From an uncultured Trueperaceae bacterium (GTDB taxonomy: Bacteria > Deinococcota > Deinococci > Deinococcales > Trueperaceae), in NCBI GenBank assembly GCA_963799485.1, contig CAWCXJ010000013.1:160001-224000 (forward strand): a DNA stretch of 64,000 bases, read 5' to 3'. The translations under genes were made by a program, and so were the position numbers. Below the pieces are notes generated by a model. It was not told where the DNA came from. It worked only from the letters and a program-made list of their open reading frames with translations, and ran no database searches. Within the stretch, counting starts at the first letter, position 1. Every line of letters begins with the position of its first letter. Positions 38,658 to 48,252 of the stretch are shown here, in pieces.

Positions 38658-39940
38658 AACCGTTCGGGCAAATACGCCTTCATCGCGCCCGCCATTTCAT
38701 CGTAGAGCGCTTCGGCTTTAGGAAGCGATAAGACGAGCGGGTGACTCGTCAGGGCTTGCAGAGCGCTCCGGCGGCCTCCCGACCAGGCGGCCTCGGCGGT
38801 AAGCGCCTGATACTCGCCGAGTTGTTTGACCAACCCGACCACCGCTTTAGGCAGCCCACCGCAAACGAGCGGCGTCGCGCCGTTCTTGTTGATGAGTGCC
38901 GGAACTTCGACCACTAAATCATCCGGAAAGTCGGAGAGCGCCCCCCGGTTCGGGACGTTGACGGGCCAGACTTCGTTCTTGTCGTTGTAGAGTGCGTCCA
39001 TCACGTCAAAGGCCAGCTCGAGTTCGTGGATACCGCCTCGCGAGCGCGCCGGCTCGAGTTTCGGTTCTGCCGCTGTCAGCTGCTCCTCGTAGTGCTTCCA
39101 GTAGTCCGGTACCGCCGCCATGATGTCTTCGGCGCGGGTGGTGGGTTTGGCCTGAAGTTCAGCGAACACCTCGTCCTTAAAGTAGTAGTACTGAAAATAC
39201 GACGCGGGCAAACTTTCCATCGTCGCAGCGAGTTTGAGCAGCCGTAAACTCTTCGCGTCAACCCCTGGAGCGGTTGCCCTATACGCAGCCTGAACGAGCG
39301 GAATGAGGTCTTCGCCTTCGTAACGCGCGCGGGTACTCCAGCAGGCGTGGTTGAGGCCGACCATCGTCGCCTCGACCTTGGCGGGGTCTAAACCTGCTGT
39401 TTGGGCCAGCTCGAGCGGAAACGTTAGCGGCCCCTCACAAAGCGAAATCGTCCGAATCTCACTGTGATGTGTGACCGCTTCCGCGACAACATTCACGGGG
39501 TTGGTGTAGTTAAATAGCGCCGCCTGCGGGCAAAGCCGTTCCATCTGCCGAACGAGTTCTTTAACGACGTGGATAGAGCGCAGCGCCATAAAAAACCCGC
39601 CCGGCCCCTGCGTCTCCTGCCCGATGACGCCGTGTTTAAGCGGGATGCTTTCGTCAAGGTGGCGCATCTCAAAGCCGCCCGGACGAAAGCTCGACAACAC
39701 CGCGTCGGCGTCGGGTAAGGCTTCAGCGAGGTTCGTGGTCGTGCAGATGTTTAGCTCGAGCCCTTGCACTTCGGCAAACCGGCGGGTGAGCGCGGCAACC
39801 TGCTCGAGCCGCCCTTCATCCAAATCGACGAGCACGACTTCAGAACCCCGAAAGTTCTCGCCCTGCGCCACAAACGACGCCACCGTACCGGGAGCGCGGG
39901 TGCTGCCGCCGCCCAGATAAACCCACCTAAGCCGCGCCAC
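38651..39940 (-). CDS. GH4 family glycoside hydrolase (6-phospho-beta-glucosidase-like)
   Basis: GGGSTR, GQETQGPGG, NYTNP, LCE, GLNH. Confidence 0.92.
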   Translation of the reverse strand: MARLRWVYLGGGSTRAPGTVASFVAQGENFRGSEVVLVDLDEGRLEQVAALTRRFAEVQGLELNICTTTNLAEALPDADAVLSSFRPGGFEMRHLDESIPLKHGVIGQETQGPGGFFMALRSIHVVKELVRQMERLCPQAALFNYTNPVNVVAEAVTHHSEIRTISLCEGPLTFPLELAQTAGLDPAKVEATMVGLNHACWSTRARYEGEDLIPLVQAAYRATAPGVDAKSLRLLKLAATMESLPASYFQYYYFKDEVFAELQAKPTTRAEDIMAAVPDYWKHYEEQLTAAEPKLEPARSRGGIHELELAFDVMDALYNDKNEVWPVNVPNRGALSDFPDDLVVEVPALINKNGATPLVCGGLPKAVVGLVKQLGEYQALTAEAAWSGGRRSALQALTSHPLVLSLPKAEALYDEMAGAMKAYLPERLW

Positions 39941-40742
39941 GAGGTCTTTCCAGCGTTACGGGGTCGTCACAGCTGATGCCCGGGTAGCTGCTATCCGCGT
40001 ACCGAAAGTTTTGTCCGAACCAGACCTGTCGCCCGACCCGGCGGTAACGCGCGAGCGTCCGCAGCGGTTCGGTGCGCCGTTCTCCCTTGTCCGGATCGAC
40101 GTTGACGAGCATGCAGCGTATACAAGGTCCAACACGCTTTAGCCGAAGTGCCCCGATTTGCACGGTCTCCCACCCATCTTCCGCGAACGCCTCGCAGCCC
40201 CTGACGACCAGGTTGGGCCGAAAGCGACGCACATCTACCGGGTTGCCTAGTCGCCCGTTGAGGTCGCCCAAAGACGCTTCGGAGACGAGCAAAAAAGGGT
40301 TGCCGTCGGCGAAACTGACCAAGCTCGGTGCGTGGTCGGGGGAGGGGCGCAGGGTACTTTCGGGCATGTAGACGAGCCGGTAAGCGCCGCCCAAAAGCGT
40401 GCTGAACCAGTCTGTCGCGGCTGCAACAAGCTGCGCGGTCATCGGTTCTTTCCACATCATGACGGTTAACAGCTCACCGTCCGCCGGATAAAGGGGAAGC
40501 TCGAGCTTTGGCATCCCGTCGGCCTCCAACCTCAAACACGCACCCGTAAAACTTGGTTTGAGCAGCGCCAAGTCGGGCCGTTCGCGCTGCGTCACGAGTC
40601 GTCCGTTTGCGTCTACTACCATCCAGCGGCGGTCGTGCTCCAAACCCCGGCGCGCGACCTTAGACGATGCTAGAGAGATCCCTGCCGCCGACTTCACCGG
40701 GTAAACCCACAACTGGCCGAGCGTCCCGACTTTCACGCTCAC
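39927..40742 (-). CDS. MOSC domain protein (YcbX/mARC-like)
   Basis: YPVKS, DRRWM, FADGNP, RFRPNLVV, CIRC; GTG 40742 overlaps the oppF stop. Confidence 0.9.
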   Translation of the reverse strand: MSVKVGTLGQLWVYPVKSAAGISLASSKVARRGLEHDRRWMVVDANGRLVTQRERPDLALLKPSFTGACLRLEADGMPKLELPLYPADGELLTVMMWKEPMTAQLVAAATDWFSTLLGGAYRLVYMPESTLRPSPDHAPSLVSFADGNPFLLVSEASLGDLNGRLGNPVDVRRFRPNLVVRGCEAFAEDGWETVQIGALRLKRVGPCIRCMLVNVDPDKGERRTEPLRTLARYRRVGRQVWFGQNFRYADSSYPGISCDDPVTLERPRGAA

Positions 40743-41812
40743 GCTTGCGCCGCCTGCTTGACCTGCGCCACCAACTCCGGCTGCTGCTCGGCAGCGTCCG
40801 GGTAGTAAAGCACGCAGCGGGCCAGATGAGCGTGACCAGGCGCGGTTTCGACCAACTCCGGCAGGCGTTCGCGGCAACGCTCAAAGGCGAAGGGGCAGCG
40901 CGGCTCGAACGGGCAGCCCGGCGGGAGCGCGGTAAGGTCGGGGACTTCCCCCTTGGCTTCGAGGGCGTCGGGCTCGAGTCCTGTTTCCGGTTTCGGTGCA
41001 GCGCGTTTTAAGAGCTGCGTATACGGGTGTTTGGGCGCGCGAATAAGCGCGGTCGAGGGGCCGACTTCCATCAGCCTGCCCGCGTACATCACTGCGATAC
41101 GGTCGCTCATATAGTGCGCCCCGGCGAGGTCGTGGGTGATAAACAGCAGCGACAAGCCCTCCTGCTCTTTAAGGTCTAGGAGCAGGTTCATGATGTCAAG
41201 GCGGATCGACACGTCGAGCATCGAAGTCGGTTCGTCGGCCAAAATCAGTTCGGGCTGAGGGGCCAGCGCCCGCGCAATCCCGACGCGCTGCCGTTCACCG
41301 CCGGAGAGTTCGTAAGGGTATTTGTCGAGGTAGCGCTCAGCGGGTTTCAGGCCGCAGCGTTCCAAAAGCGCTTTAACCTTGTCCCTGGCGTTTTTCTGCG
41401 TCGCCAGGCCGTGAACGAGCAGCGGACGCCGTAAAATATGCGACACCGGATAGACCGTGTTCAAAGATGAAAACGGGTCTTGGAAGATCATCTGGACGCG
41501 CCGCCGGTACGCGAGCAAATCGCGCCTACGAAGCGTTACCGGAACCTCCTGACCCGTCAGCGTCATGGTGCCGCCGGTCGGCGCGTAAAGTTTGGCAACG
41601 AGCCGCGCAACAGTCGATTTGCCCGAACCCGACTCGCCGACGAGCCCCAAAACTTCGCGGCGTCCAATTCGTAGATCGACACCCCGAACAGCGGGAACTT
41701 CGCGGGAGCGCCACAAGCCGCCGACCTTGAAGGTTTTCTCGAGCCCGTCCGCGACAAACACGGGAGCGTCGGGTGTGTTCGTATCGGGTGATTTTGTCAC
41801 TGTGACCGTCAT
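40739..41812 (-). CDS. Opp/Dpp-type ABC ATP-binding subunit (OppF-like)
   Basis: GESGSGKS, LSGGERQR, ADEPT, C-terminal GCPFEPRC. Confidence 0.93.
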   Translation of the reverse strand: MTVTVTKSPDTNTPDAPVFVADGLEKTFKVGGLWRSREVPAVRGVDLRIGRREVLGLVGESGSGKSTVARLVAKLYAPTGGTMTLTGQEVPVTLRRRDLLAYRRRVQMIFQDPFSSLNTVYPVSHILRRPLLVHGLATQKNARDKVKALLERCGLKPAERYLDKYPYELSGGERQRVGIARALAPQPELILADEPTSMLDVSIRLDIMNLLLDLKEQEGLSLLFITHDLAGAHYMSDRIAVMYAGRLMEVGPSTALIRAPKHPYTQLLKRAAPKPETGLEPDALEAKGEVPDLTALPPGCPFEPRCPFAFERCRERLPELVETAPGHAHLARCVLYYPDAAEQQPELVAQVKQAAQA

Positions 41813-41813
41813 C

Positions 41814-41888
41814 TGAAGCCCTCCAGGGTTCTGCTGGTGCAGATATTCATGTGAAGCCCTCCAGGGTTCTGCTGGTGCAGATATTCAT
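41814..41888. repeat. Perfect 37-bp tandem duplication (period 38)
   Basis: TGAAGCCCTCCAGGGTTCTGCTGGTGCAGATATTCAT at 41814-41850 and 41852-41888. Confidence 0.95.
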
Positions 41889-43801
41889 ACGCTCAGTTCC
41901 CCCGGTTGCACGAGCGCCCCGACTTTGTCATGAGCAGCCAAAAGCGCCTCGTCGTAAAGGTGACACGCGACCTCGTGGTCGGGCAAGACGCCTTGCAGGG
42001 GCGGTGTGACGGTGTTGCAAAGTCCGTCCAGGCGGGCCGGACAACGCGCGTAAAAGGGGCAGCCCGGCGGCGGATCGCGCAGATCGGGCGGTTTTCCGGG
42101 GATGCCACTCCTCCGCCCCCGTGAGCCGACCAGCGGCGGAAACGCCTGCATCAACCCTTGCGTGTAGGGGTGCAGCGGCGCACTGTAAAGGCTGCGTGAG
42201 GGCGAACGTTCGATGATCTGACCGGCGTACATGATGGCGACGCTATCGCTGATTTCGACCAACAATGACAGGTCGTGCGTAATAAAAATCACCGCAATCC
42301 CGAGGTCGCGGCGAATGGTGTCGATTTCTTGGAGCAGCGTGCGCTGCACCACCACGTCGAGCGCAGTGGTCGGTTCGTCCATGATGATGAGGTCGGGCTC
42401 CAAAGCCAGTGCAATCGCAATCACTGCCCGCTGCTTCATCCCGCCCGAAAGCTGGTGCGGGTAGGCGTCCAGATAATCCGGGTCGATGTCGATAAGTGAA
42501 AAGAGTTCGTTTGCCCGCGCCTCGAGCGCCTTGTCGTCTATCTGCTTGTGTGCCCGAACCGCATCGTAAATCTGGTCGCGCACCCGCATCACCGGGTTCA
42601 GCACGTTCATCGAGGCCTGAAAGACGATAGAGAAATCGCGCCAGCGCAGGCGCCGCAGTTCCGCTGCGCTGAGCCGGACTAAATCCTGCTCTCCCAACCA
42701 GACTTCGCCGTCCAGCACCCGTCCGGGCGGTTGCAAAAGCTGCGCGACGCCGAACGCCAAGGTCGATTTGCCGCACCCTGACTCCCCGGCGATACCTAAA
42801 AACTCGCCGCGTTTGAGGGTCAGGTCGACGTTCCGCACAGCCTGCACAGTGCTGTCAGAGAGGGCGTAGCCGGCGCTGAAGTCGCGTACCTCGAGCACAT
42901 TCTCAGCCGCGTTCGGAGCCGCCGAAGCCGTAGCCGGTTGAAGTGCCGGAGGTTTGCTGCGTTTGATTTGCGGCGTCCGCAATTTCGGATTGGTAATCTC
43001 GTCGATGGCGAAGTTCAGCAGCGCAAACGAGGTCCCGAGCAGCGCGATACACACCCCCGGCGCGATCATCCACGCCCACTGATTTAAGAGAAACGCCTGA
43101 TTGGTCTGCGCCCAGTAGAGCATCGTCCCCCAGGTGACGATGCCCACGTCGCCGAGACCTAAAAACTCGAGGCCCGCTTCACTTAAAACCGCAAAGAGCG
43201 CCGCCCCGAAAAAGTTGGCGGCAATGAGAGAAAGCATATTCGGCAAAATTTCGGCGAAGACGATTCTCCCGCCCCCCTCCCCGACGACCCGCGCCGCCTG
43301 TACAAAGTCGCGGTTTCTGAGGCTCAAGGTCTGCGCCCGCAACACCCGCGCCCCCCACGCCCAACCTGTTACGGCAATCACGAAGATAATCGGCAACACG
43401 CCCTCGACGTTGACGTAAGCGGCGATGATAATCAGCAGCGGCAACCCCGGAATAACCAGAAAGATATTGGTAAACGTCGATAAAACCTCGTCTAAAATGC
43501 CCCCGGCATAACCCGACACAAGGCCGATGACGACCGAGACGAAGGTTGCAATCGCCCCTGCGACCAGCCCGACCAAAAGCGACAACCGCGTTCCCCAGAT
43601 GAGCTGGGAAAGCACATCTTCACCGAGCGCGGTCGTCCCTAACGGGTGTTCGGCGCTGCCGGTATCGAAGGGGATAAACGACGTGTCTTTAGGTGAATAC
43701 GGGGCCAACACCGGAGCTAAAAGCGCGACACCGACGAAAAACAGCAGCAACATAAGTCCGGTCAAAGATTTTGGATTGCGAACCAGCCGTGACCAGTTCA
43801 T
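41885..43801 (-). CDS. Fused OppC permease - OppD ATPase
   Basis: HPLGT..G.D permease followed by GESGCGKS, LSGGMKQR, MDEPT, GCPFYARC. Confidence 0.92.
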   Translation of the reverse strand: MNWSRLVRNPKSLTGLMLLLFFVGVALLAPVLAPYSPKDTSFIPFDTGSAEHPLGTTALGEDVLSQLIWGTRLSLLVGLVAGAIATFVSVVIGLVSGYAGGILDEVLSTFTNIFLVIPGLPLLIIIAAYVNVEGVLPIIFVIAVTGWAWGARVLRAQTLSLRNRDFVQAARVVGEGGGRIVFAEILPNMLSLIAANFFGAALFAVLSEAGLEFLGLGDVGIVTWGTMLYWAQTNQAFLLNQWAWMIAPGVCIALLGTSFALLNFAIDEITNPKLRTPQIKRSKPPALQPATASAAPNAAENVLEVRDFSAGYALSDSTVQAVRNVDLTLKRGEFLGIAGESGCGKSTLAFGVAQLLQPPGRVLDGEVWLGEQDLVRLSAAELRRLRWRDFSIVFQASMNVLNPVMRVRDQIYDAVRAHKQIDDKALEARANELFSLIDIDPDYLDAYPHQLSGGMKQRAVIAIALALEPDLIIMDEPTTALDVVVQRTLLQEIDTIRRDLGIAVIFITHDLSLLVEISDSVAIMYAGQIIERSPSRSLYSAPLHPYTQGLMQAFPPLVGSRGRRSGIPGKPPDLRDPPPGCPFYARCPARLDGLCNTVTPPLQGVLPDHEVACHLYDEALLAAHDKVGALVQPGELSV

Positions 43802-43979
43802 CTGACTGCCGGAGCTTTGCTCGAGCCGCTATTTGGCAAGTTATGTAAACGTTTCGCCCGGCCTGAGATAACAACCGTAAACAGGCTGACCTTACTTGCT
43901 ACCTGCTTCTTACTCCTTACTTCGCTCGAGCAAAACGAAACTCGTATGGCGTTTGCGTTGACCGAATCCAGAGGTTTCA

Positions 43980-44966
43980 TCAGACGCCCTCACTACGAAC
44001 TCTGGGGTCGAGCAGCGCGTAGGCCACGTCCGCTAAGAAGTTGGCGAGCAAAACGGCCAGCGTGATAAACAAAAAGACCGCCTGCATCAGCGGATAGTCG
44101 AGGCTCGTCACGGCTTGATAGAGCGAAAAACCGATGCCCGGATACGAAAAGACGATTTCAGTCAGGAGCGACCCGCTGATGACAAAACCAAGCGCCATCG
44201 CAAACGCCGTAAAACTCGGCAAGATGGCGTTACGGGCGGCGTAGCGAAACATCACCCGGCGCTGCGAAAGTCCTTTGGCGCGCGCAAACGCTACATAATC
44301 TTCGCCCAAAACGCCGACCAGATTGTTCCGCATCGTTAAAAGCCAGCCGCCGGTCGCCGTAACGATAATGGTCAGCGCAGGTAAAAAACTGTGATAAAGC
44401 ACGCTAAAAATCCAGGGCAGTCCGTCGGCCCGCACGACCGCCGTACCGTAACCGCCACTCAGCGGAAACCAGCCGAGCAAAAACGAAAAGACATATAAAA
44501 CGATTAGCGCAAACCAAAAATAAGGCACACCATTAAGAAACAGTGAAACGAGCACCATGCCGTCACCGACGGGTGTACTGCGCCACCAGCCGGAATACAC
44601 GCCCAAGAGCGTTCCCAAAATGAATGAGATAAGAGTCGTCACCCCGACCAAGCCGAGCGTCCAGGGGATCGCTTGAGCCAGAATATCGCTGACCGGAGCC
44701 GGGAAAAACCCGAGTGAGAGGCCGAAATCGCCGGTCAGCATCCGCCGCCAGTAGTCGAGATACTGCCCGAACCAGCTCTTGTCAGTGTTAAGGCCGAACG
44801 CTTCGCGCAGCGCGTCTGCGGCTTGCGGGGAGAGCCGCCCCTGATAACGGGCCAGCATCACGCTCACCGGGTCGCCCGGTACGAGCTGCGGAAGAATGTA
44901 GTTAATTGTCAGGGCGGCCCAGCCGGTAATCAGCAGCAGCCCGAGCCTACGCAGGAGATAACGCAT
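43980..44966 (-). CDS. OppB-type ABC permease
   Basis: PGDP, EDYV.FARAKGL, RNAILP, DPRVR; ATG 44966 after GGAGG. Confidence 0.93.
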   Translation of the reverse strand: MRYLLRRLGLLLITGWAALTINYILPQLVPGDPVSVMLARYQGRLSPQAADALREAFGLNTDKSWFGQYLDYWRRMLTGDFGLSLGFFPAPVSDILAQAIPWTLGLVGVTTLISFILGTLLGVYSGWWRSTPVGDGMVLVSLFLNGVPYFWFALIVLYVFSFLLGWFPLSGGYGTAVVRADGLPWIFSVLYHSFLPALTIIVTATGGWLLTMRNNLVGVLGEDYVAFARAKGLSQRRVMFRYAARNAILPSFTAFAMALGFVISGSLLTEIVFSYPGIGFSLYQAVTSLDYPLMQAVFLFITLAVLLANFLADVAYALLDPRVRSEGV

Positions 44967-44994
44967 AAGACCTCCAGGGAGGAGCAAAGAGGGC

Positions 44995-45035
44995 CGAGCC
45001 ATGAGCAATAATTACCTCTCGTTGCTCATGGCTCG
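44995..45035 (-). other. Intercistronic stem-loop after the SBP gene
   Basis: CGAGCCATGAGCAAT...GTTGCTCATGGCTCG inverted repeat. Confidence 0.7.
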
Positions 45036-45042
45036 TTGCTTT

Positions 45043-46701
45043 CTACTTCAAATACACCTCACGGAACATCAAAAGACCGGCGACCGAATCGTCGGGGCCG
45101 CCGTCGGTGTAGGGATTTTCCGGCGAAGGCCAGCCGGTAAAAGTTGACAGGTTAAAGTTCGAGAAGTTTACCCGGTCGGTCACCGGGACGTAAGGAACCT
45201 GCTCGACCACGACCTGAGCAATCTGGTTGATCGCCTCTTTTTGCACAGCCCGGTCGCTGCTCTGCCGGAACGTCTTAAGCGCCTCGGTCACGGTCGGGTC
45301 GGTAAAACGCGACATGTTCGAGTCGGCGATCTCGCCGATTTCGTCGGCGGAAAACTCAGGTGAGAGCGAGCCGTTGTAGAGGTAGTAGGGCGTCGAGCCG
45401 CTACGCCAACCCCACGAAATGGCCATGTCATAGGTACCGCTTTGGAGACCACGTGAGTACGACCCCCAGTTCTCCTGCTGAATCGAAGAGCGAATTCCTA
45501 TCGCTTGCAGGTTTTGCGAAATAACCTGCGCCATGGTGATAAAGTCCGTCCAACCGGCGCCGACGAGGATGTTAAAGGCCGGCAAGGGTTGACCGTCTTT
45601 GCCGAGCAGCGTGTCGCTATCAAAGCTGTAACCCGCCTCTTCCAGCATGGCGCGCGCCGCGTCGGGGTCGAAGCTGTAGGCCGGTTCTTGCAGCGAAGCG
45701 TCGAGCCACTCTTCTTGCTGCGCGGGGATGATACCGGTCGGGTTTGCCGCAGCGATTGTCGTTCCGGCGTAGGCTTTAGCCGCAGCGTCGTCTTTGTTGA
45801 TGGCCCGCGCGACCGCGTTACGAAACGCCGGGTCGTCGAAGGGCGCTTTGAGCGTGTTCAGGTAGAGGATATTGTCGTTGTTGACCGGCCACCACGAGAC
45901 GTATGTTTCGGGGTCGCGGGCGTTATAGGTCTGCTCGACGTTGGGAATCTGGTTGTAGGCGTAATCGGCCTGATTTTGCAAGAGCAGCAGCAGCGTGGCC
46001 TGATTGCTGTTCGTCACCTGCCACGTCACCCCGTCCACATAGGGCTGTCCGGCAAGCCAGTAGTTCGGGTTTTTAACCGTCTTGATGAGCTGCGGAGCAA
46101 ACGACTCGAGCAAAAACGGCCCGGTACCGACGGGGTTTTCGTTCGTCTCTTGTACCGGGTCGGCAATACTCGCCCAGATGTGTTCCGGCGCAATTGTGCG
46201 CCCTACGATGTCGTTAAACAGCGGGGTGTTGGGTTCGCTGAAGGTAAAGACGACGGTGGTATCGTCGGGGGCTTCAACGCTCTCGACCCCGAGCGCCCAG
46301 ATGCCGGTGGTATCGAGTTCGGGGTACTTTTTAATATAGTTGAAGGTAAAGGCCACGTCCTGCGCGGAAAACGGCTCGCCGTCACTCCACTGCACACCCT
46401 CGCGGGTCTTGACGGTCAGGGTGAGGTTGTCTTCACTCCACTCGTAAGAGGTGCCCAAGAGCGGCACCTCTTCACCGGTAACCCCGTTGACGAAAAAGAG
46501 CGGTTCGTAGATGAGCGGTGTACTCGGCAAATTTTGACCGGCGGTGCCGAACGGGTTCGAGTTGTTCGTGTACGACCCCGACGAGCGGGCAACCCGGATG
46601 ATGCCGCCGGGTTGCACGTCCTGGGCGAGTACCGGAACCGAAAAGAGCAGCGCGGTCACAGCAACGACCAGACGCTTTAGCAGCTTGAAACGCGTGGGCA
46701 T
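45043..46701 (-). CDS. Family 5 ABC substrate-binding protein (OppA-like, probably oligosaccharide-binding)
   Basis: Signal peptide, IYEPLF, WSDGEPFSA.DV.FTF, PVGTGPF, GWTDF; GH4 context. Confidence 0.92.
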   Translation of the reverse strand: MPTRFKLLKRLVVAVTALLFSVPVLAQDVQPGGIIRVARSSGSYTNNSNPFGTAGQNLPSTPLIYEPLFFVNGVTGEEVPLLGTSYEWSEDNLTLTVKTREGVQWSDGEPFSAQDVAFTFNYIKKYPELDTTGIWALGVESVEAPDDTTVVFTFSEPNTPLFNDIVGRTIAPEHIWASIADPVQETNENPVGTGPFLLESFAPQLIKTVKNPNYWLAGQPYVDGVTWQVTNSNQATLLLLLQNQADYAYNQIPNVEQTYNARDPETYVSWWPVNNDNILYLNTLKAPFDDPAFRNAVARAINKDDAAAKAYAGTTIAAANPTGIIPAQQEEWLDASLQEPAYSFDPDAARAMLEEAGYSFDSDTLLGKDGQPLPAFNILVGAGWTDFITMAQVISQNLQAIGIRSSIQQENWGSYSRGLQSGTYDMAISWGWRSGSTPYYLYNGSLSPEFSADEIGEIADSNMSRFTDPTVTEALKTFRQSSDRAVQKEAINQIAQVVVEQVPYVPVTDRVNFSNFNLSTFTGWPSPENPYTDGGPDDSVAGLLMFREVYLK

Positions 46702-46915
46702 ACAATCTCCTTAATGCTTTTGTTTAGATGAGATTACCTAACTACGAGCTAACGACTTTTAGCGACTTTGCGCGCGCTACCACCCCCAGGTACGGACGAT
46801 TCTATTCTTTTATAGACCACCTCAGATTAGCACCTTTTTTAGCAGCGCAACCTCGAGTCAACCGGTTACGGTCGGTACTCCAGAAGCCAACAGCTTTGAA
46901 CAAGGCCGAACCCAC

Positions 46916-46944
46916 TTGACAAGTTAAATCAAACCGTTTAACTT
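46916..46944 (+). promoter_or_regulatory. Promoter overlapped by an ROK-type palindromic operator
   Basis: TTGACA(46916)-17-TAACTT; palindrome AAGTTAAA-N8-TTTAACTT at 46921-46944. Confidence 0.65.
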
Positions 46945-46994
46945 AATAGCACGGTAAGGCTTAAAAGTTCAGCTTAAGCGTCGAGAGGAAATTC

Positions 46995-48194
46995 GTGCGT
47001 CCTAAAGTGTTACGCAGCTCGAGCCGCGCGCTCATTTTGGAAACGGTGCGTTTGGGCGCGCCGATTACGCGCGTCGAGATCGCCGCTGCTACCGGCTTGA
47101 CGGCGGCGGCAGTGTCACAACGCGTGTCTGAACTGATCTGTCAGGGGCTGATCCGGGAATCGCGGCGGCGCGTTCCGAAGCGGGGTCAACCGCCTATCGA
47201 GCTGGTGATTCAGAGCGGCGCGGCCTATATGCTGGGCGTTCACTTAGAGCACAGCCTGCTCACCGCCGTTTTGGTCGACCTGGACGGTACGGTTTTGGGT
47301 GAGCTGACCCGGTTTCATACGGGGCCGGAACCCTGTGAGGTGCTGGCGCGCGCCGCCGGGATGTGCCGGACGCTGCTGGGGCAAAGGGGACTCGCGCCGG
47401 AAAACCTCTTGGGGGTGGGCTTGGCCTCGGTCGGCCCGCTCGAGCTAGGCGGCGGCACCGTCAACGCGCCGCGCTTTTTTCCGGACAGCTGGCAGCGGTT
47501 GCCGCTCCGCCAAAACCTCGCCGACGCGCTCGGTACCGCCGTCTTTTTAGACAACAACGCGACGGCTGCGGCAATCGGCGAGTACTGGTACGGCGACGGT
47601 CGCCTTTACGCGAACTTTTTGTTCGTACATATTGGCGTCGGGGTCGGGGGCGGGCTCTTTCTGGACGGGCGCGTCTACCGGGGCTCGAGCTTTAACGCCG
47701 GGGAATTCGGTCATATGGTCGTCGGCCCGGAGCGCCCCGAACCGGTGTTCGCCGGAACACGTGGGAGCCTCGAGTCCTACGCGTCGCTCTTTGCGCTCAA
47801 GCACGACCTCGGCGAAGCGGTCTACAAAAACCTGGAGCGGGCGTTTACCGAGCAGAACGAGGCGCTGCTTGCGTGGCTCGAGCAGGCCGCGCGACTTTTT
47901 GCGCTCGCCCTCGTGTCCGCCGACAATCTGCTCGACCTGGGCGCGGTGATCTTCGGGGGGTTGTTACCCGAAGCGCTTAACGCCTACCTCGTGACCCGCG
48001 TGTGCAGCCACCGCGCCGCGTTCTCCAACTTACGCGGGCGTCCGGCGCGCGCGCGCTGTCTGCCTGCCCGGACGATCTTTAACAGCGCGGCCCTCGGGGC
48101 CGCCATGCTCCCTGTTTACGACGCTTTCGTTCACGCACCGAGCGAAGCGGGCTTTAAGTCCCTGGGAACTTCCCCCGGAGGAGGTGAACCTTAG
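46995..48194 (+). CDS. ROK family transcriptional repressor
   Basis: N-terminal HTH (TRVEIAAATGLT..AVS), DNNATAAAIGE, GVGGG, NAGEFGH. Confidence 0.9.
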   Translation: MRPKVLRSSSRALILETVRLGAPITRVEIAAATGLTAAAVSQRVSELICQGLIRESRRRVPKRGQPPIELVIQSGAAYMLGVHLEHSLLTAVLVDLDGTVLGELTRFHTGPEPCEVLARAAGMCRTLLGQRGLAPENLLGVGLASVGPLELGGGTVNAPRFFPDSWQRLPLRQNLADALGTAVFLDNNATAAAIGEYWYGDGRLYANFLFVHIGVGVGGGLFLDGRVYRGSSFNAGEFGHMVVGPERPEPVFAGTRGSLESYASLFALKHDLGEAVYKNLERAFTEQNEALLAWLEQAARLFALALVSADNLLDLGAVIFGGLLPEALNAYLVTRVCSHRAAFSNLRGRPARARCLPARTIFNSAALGAAMLPVYDAFVHAPSEAGFKSLGTSPGGGEP

Positions 48195-48252
48195 CCGACA
48201 ACACACACGACCCCATCAACACGCCGTAAAAGCCACCTCGAAAGGACTCACC

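Noticed and set aside
41814..41888. Mini CRISPR array (37-bp repeats)
   Set aside because: Only 1 nt between the copies, so no spacer, and no cas genes
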